55,102 nucleotides of DNA from an uncultured Bifidobacteriaceae bacterium (GTDB lineage Bacteria; Bacteroidota; Bacteroidia; UKL13-3): the NCBI GenBank assembly GCA_964429245.1, contig CAYSBE010000002.1, positions 1 to 55,102 of the forward strand, written 5' to 3'. The notes under the pieces are model-generated. The model saw only the letters and a program-made list of their open reading frames with translations, ran no database searches and was not told the origin of the DNA. Within the stretch, counting starts at the first letter, position 1, and each line of letters opens with the position of its first letter. Of this stretch, positions 53,135 through 55,102 are shown one piece after another. The position numbers and the translations under genes were made by a program.

Positions 53135-53791
53135 ATGTTATCAAGTAAAGAAAACAAGGCAATAGCCATACTCATTATCCTTTATGCTGTTGGCATCGGG
53201 GGTATGTTGTTGGGTTATGAAGGAATATTGAAACTCACACCCATTAACCTGATTGTAAGTGTAGGTATCATGTTTTGGTTTCATCCGCAAGCCGATAGGC
53301 GCTTGGTTCTTTATGCTGGCATCGTATTTTTTTCAGGATTTATTATTGAGTGGGCCGGTGTGCGCACAGGAAAAATTTTCGGTCAATATTTTTATGGAGA
53401 AAACTTAGGTATCAAATTGTTCGACATACCGCTGATTATTGGCGTAAATTGGATTATGCTAAGTTATGCGAGCATGCAGGTGGTTCATAAGTTATTTGGC
53501 AAATTCTCTATACCTAATCCTGAACTCATTCATGCTTTTATTGGAGCTATTTTGATGGTTGCGGTCGATGTACTTATTGAAGCTATATGTGGAAGACTTG
53601 ACTTTTGGTATTGGAAGGACCAAATTCCTCCGCTTCAAAATTACAGTGCATGGTTTACGTTTTCTTTTGCTTTCAACTTTTTATACAAGCGCCTACAAAT
53701 AAACTCGGGCAATCGCGTTGCAGTGGCTTTGTTTATTATTCAGGTGGTGTTTTTCCTTGGTTTAAACTTACATTTTGCCCTCAAAGGGTAG
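53135..53791 (+). CDS. cruF: Carotenoid biosynthesis membrane protein (DUF422/PF04240, CruF-type 1',2'-hydratase candidate)
   Basis: ATG 53135. Multi-pass membrane protein with EWAGVRTGKIFGQYFYGENLG...IPLIIGVNW, typical of the family. Confidence 0.75.
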   Translation: MLSSKENKAIAILIILYAVGIGGMLLGYEGILKLTPINLIVSVGIMFWFHPQADRRLVLYAGIVFFSGFIIEWAGVRTGKIFGQYFYGENLGIKLFDIPLIIGVNWIMLSYASMQVVHKLFGKFSIPNPELIHAFIGAILMVAVDVLIEAICGRLDFWYWKDQIPPLQNYSAWFTFSFAFNFLYKRLQINSGNRVAVALFIIQVVFFLGLNLHFALKG

Positions 53792-53822
53792 AACAAAAAA
53801 TATATGGTGTTGTTCTAATAGT

Positions 53823-54284
53823 ATGGAAATAGTTATCAATACAGGTTTAGTTATTGCCACCTTCTTCTTCATGGAGTTTATGGCTTGGTTTGCACACAAA
53901 TTTGTGATGCACGGTTGGTTATGGTACCTGCACAAAGACCACCATCAGGTTGAGCCTGGTTTTTTCGAGAAAAATGACGCCTTCTTTCTCATTTTTGCAG
54001 TGCCTAGCGCTTATTGCTACATGTCAGGATTGATGGCTGGCGGAGATTTTCGTTTATATATTGGTATTGGTATTTCGCTGTATGGATTATGTTATTTTTT
54101 GGTTCATGATATCATCATTCATCAGCGCTTTAAAATATGGACCCACTGGAATAACCGCTACGTGCGTGCCATTCGTAGGGCACATAAAATGCATCACAAA
54201 CACTTGGGCAAAGAGCATGGCGAAAATTTCGGGATGCTGATAGTGCCGCTCAAATACTGGAAAGACCCTAATACCACTAAATAA
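53823..54284 (+). CDS. crtZ: Beta-carotene 3-hydroxylase
   Basis: ATG 53823 (MEIVINTG...); histidine boxes HKFVMH, HKDHH, HDIIIH and HKMHHKH of the fatty-acid-hydroxylase superfamily; size about 153 aa. Confidence 0.9.
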   Translation: MEIVINTGLVIATFFFMEFMAWFAHKFVMHGWLWYLHKDHHQVEPGFFEKNDAFFLIFAVPSAYCYMSGLMAGGDFRLYIGIGISLYGLCYFLVHDIIIHQRFKIWTHWNNRYVRAIRRAHKMHHKHLGKEHGENFGMLIVPLKYWKDPNTTK

Positions 54285-54296
54285 TAAACGTACAAA

Positions 54297-54989
54297 ATGT
54301 CGTTATACGCCTGGCTTATGTTTGCTTCATTTATCGGACCTTTTGCCCTGAGTTTTGATAAGAAAGTTGCATTTTATAAAAGTTGGGGGCCACTTTTTAT
54401 CGGAATACTACTCAATGGAATCATTTTTATTTTATGGGATGGATGGTTTGCGCGCACGCATGTGTGGGGATTTAATACAGATTATGTTTGGGACATTTTT
54501 ATTAATGACTTGCCACTTGAGGAGTGGAGTTTTTTTGTAATCGTTCCCTATGCCAGTGTGTTTATTTATGCCTGCCTCAAGGCATATATGCCTAAGCAAC
54601 CATTAGAAAAAATAAAGCACCACCTCACGCTATTGTTTCTTTTATTCACATTTATACTTGCACTATTTAATTCAGACAAAACGTATACATTTTGGAATTG
54701 CTTTATCGCTTCAATATTGCTATTGATACATTATCTTTTTCTGAAGCGCGATTGGATGGGATATTTTTGGCTTGCCTATTTTATTCACCTCATCCCGTTT
54801 TTTATTATCAATGGTATACTTACGGGAATGGCCACCCCGGAGCCTGTGGTGTGGTACAATAATGATGAGAACTTGGGTATTCGCTTAGCAACCATTCCTA
54901 TTGAAGATTGCATTTATGCGCTAACTTGTCTGCTATTGCCTATTACGGTGATGGAGTGGTTGATGGTAAGGAGGAATAATCTAATCTAA
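54297..54989 (+). CDS. crtY: Lycopene cyclase, fused heterodimeric-type (CrtYc-CrtYd) domain protein
   Basis: 230 aa; two about 100-aa hydrophobic halves with lycopene-cyclase-domain character (..PLEEW.FF...P..). It follows crtZ directly in the operon. Confidence 0.85.
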   Translation: MSLYAWLMFASFIGPFALSFDKKVAFYKSWGPLFIGILLNGIIFILWDGWFARTHVWGFNTDYVWDIFINDLPLEEWSFFVIVPYASVFIYACLKAYMPKQPLEKIKHHLTLLFLLFTFILALFNSDKTYTFWNCFIASILLLIHYLFLKRDWMGYFWLAYFIHLIPFFIINGILTGMATPEPVVWYNNDENLGIRLATIPIEDCIYALTCLLLPITVMEWLMVRRNNLI

Positions 54990-54996
54990 AAAAAAT

Positions 54997-55102
54997 ATGT
55001 ATAATACAGTTCATTGCAATAGAATATTAAAAAGAGTAAGTATCTATTTTTTATTCTTAACTTTAATAGTTACTTCAGTTAATAGCCAGGATTTGACTAC
55101 AT
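54997..55102 (+). CDS. 5' end of an ORF encoding a signal-peptide protein (runs off the window)
   Basis: Manual translation: MYNTVHCNRILKRVSIYFLFLTLIVTSVNSQDLTT... Only 35 codons are visible. Confidence 0.3.
   Translation, partial: MYNTVHCNRILKRVSIYFLFLTLIVTSVNSQDLTT

Noticed and set aside
52629-53162. 177-aa minus-strand ORF
   Set aside because: Antisense to the 3' part of the crtD-like gene. It has no signal, motif or plausible promoter, so it is a shadow ORF.

Overview
This is a chromosomal segment from a Bacteroidota-type genome. The evidence is four proteins with T9SS C-terminal sorting domains, TTTG/TAnnTTTG promoter boxes, a TonB-dependent receptor with a CarboxypepD_reg domain, and moderately AT-rich DNA. 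All calls come from reading the sequence and recognising motifs; no database search was run.

Housekeeping genes are interspersed along the window: gap, tRNA-Glu(UUC), pgk, gcvH, rsmI, pyrF, a prolyl oligopeptidase, uvrA, blc and carB.

Two accessory-looking blocks stand out.

(1) About 7.5-38.7 kb: a set of very large secreted T9SS cargo proteins of 1327, 2588, 1226 and about 414 aa. They are built from tandem Ig-like, LamG-like, BNR-propeller and YD-like modules. The 2588-aa gene lies divergent from a markedly AT-rich two-component system, made of a beta-propeller-sensing LytS-type kinase and a LytTR regulator. Three direct repeats phased at 21 bp sit in the shared intergenic region.

(2) About 45.0-55.0 kb: a split carotenoid cluster. 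One arm is idi, an unknown ORF, crtB and crtI. The other arm is a MarR-family gene, a crtD-like gene, a cruF-like gene, crtZ and a fused crtYcd gene. A TonB-dependent receptor is wedged between the arms, and three TTGTACA palindromic boxes occupy the 59-bp divergent promoter. This gene set predicts a monocyclic hydroxylated, saproxanthin-type pigment.

Smaller items are a frameshifted lipocalin-like lipoprotein gene, a carB that lacks the allosteric domain and has a palindrome-rich leader, several intrinsic terminators, and several consensus promoters.

I recognised no CRISPR array, transposase, integrase, rRNA or obvious defence system. Nothing here can be claimed as a proven new system. The most testable novel hypotheses are the two regulatory-site predictions and the uncharacterised 164-aa ORF inside the crt operon.
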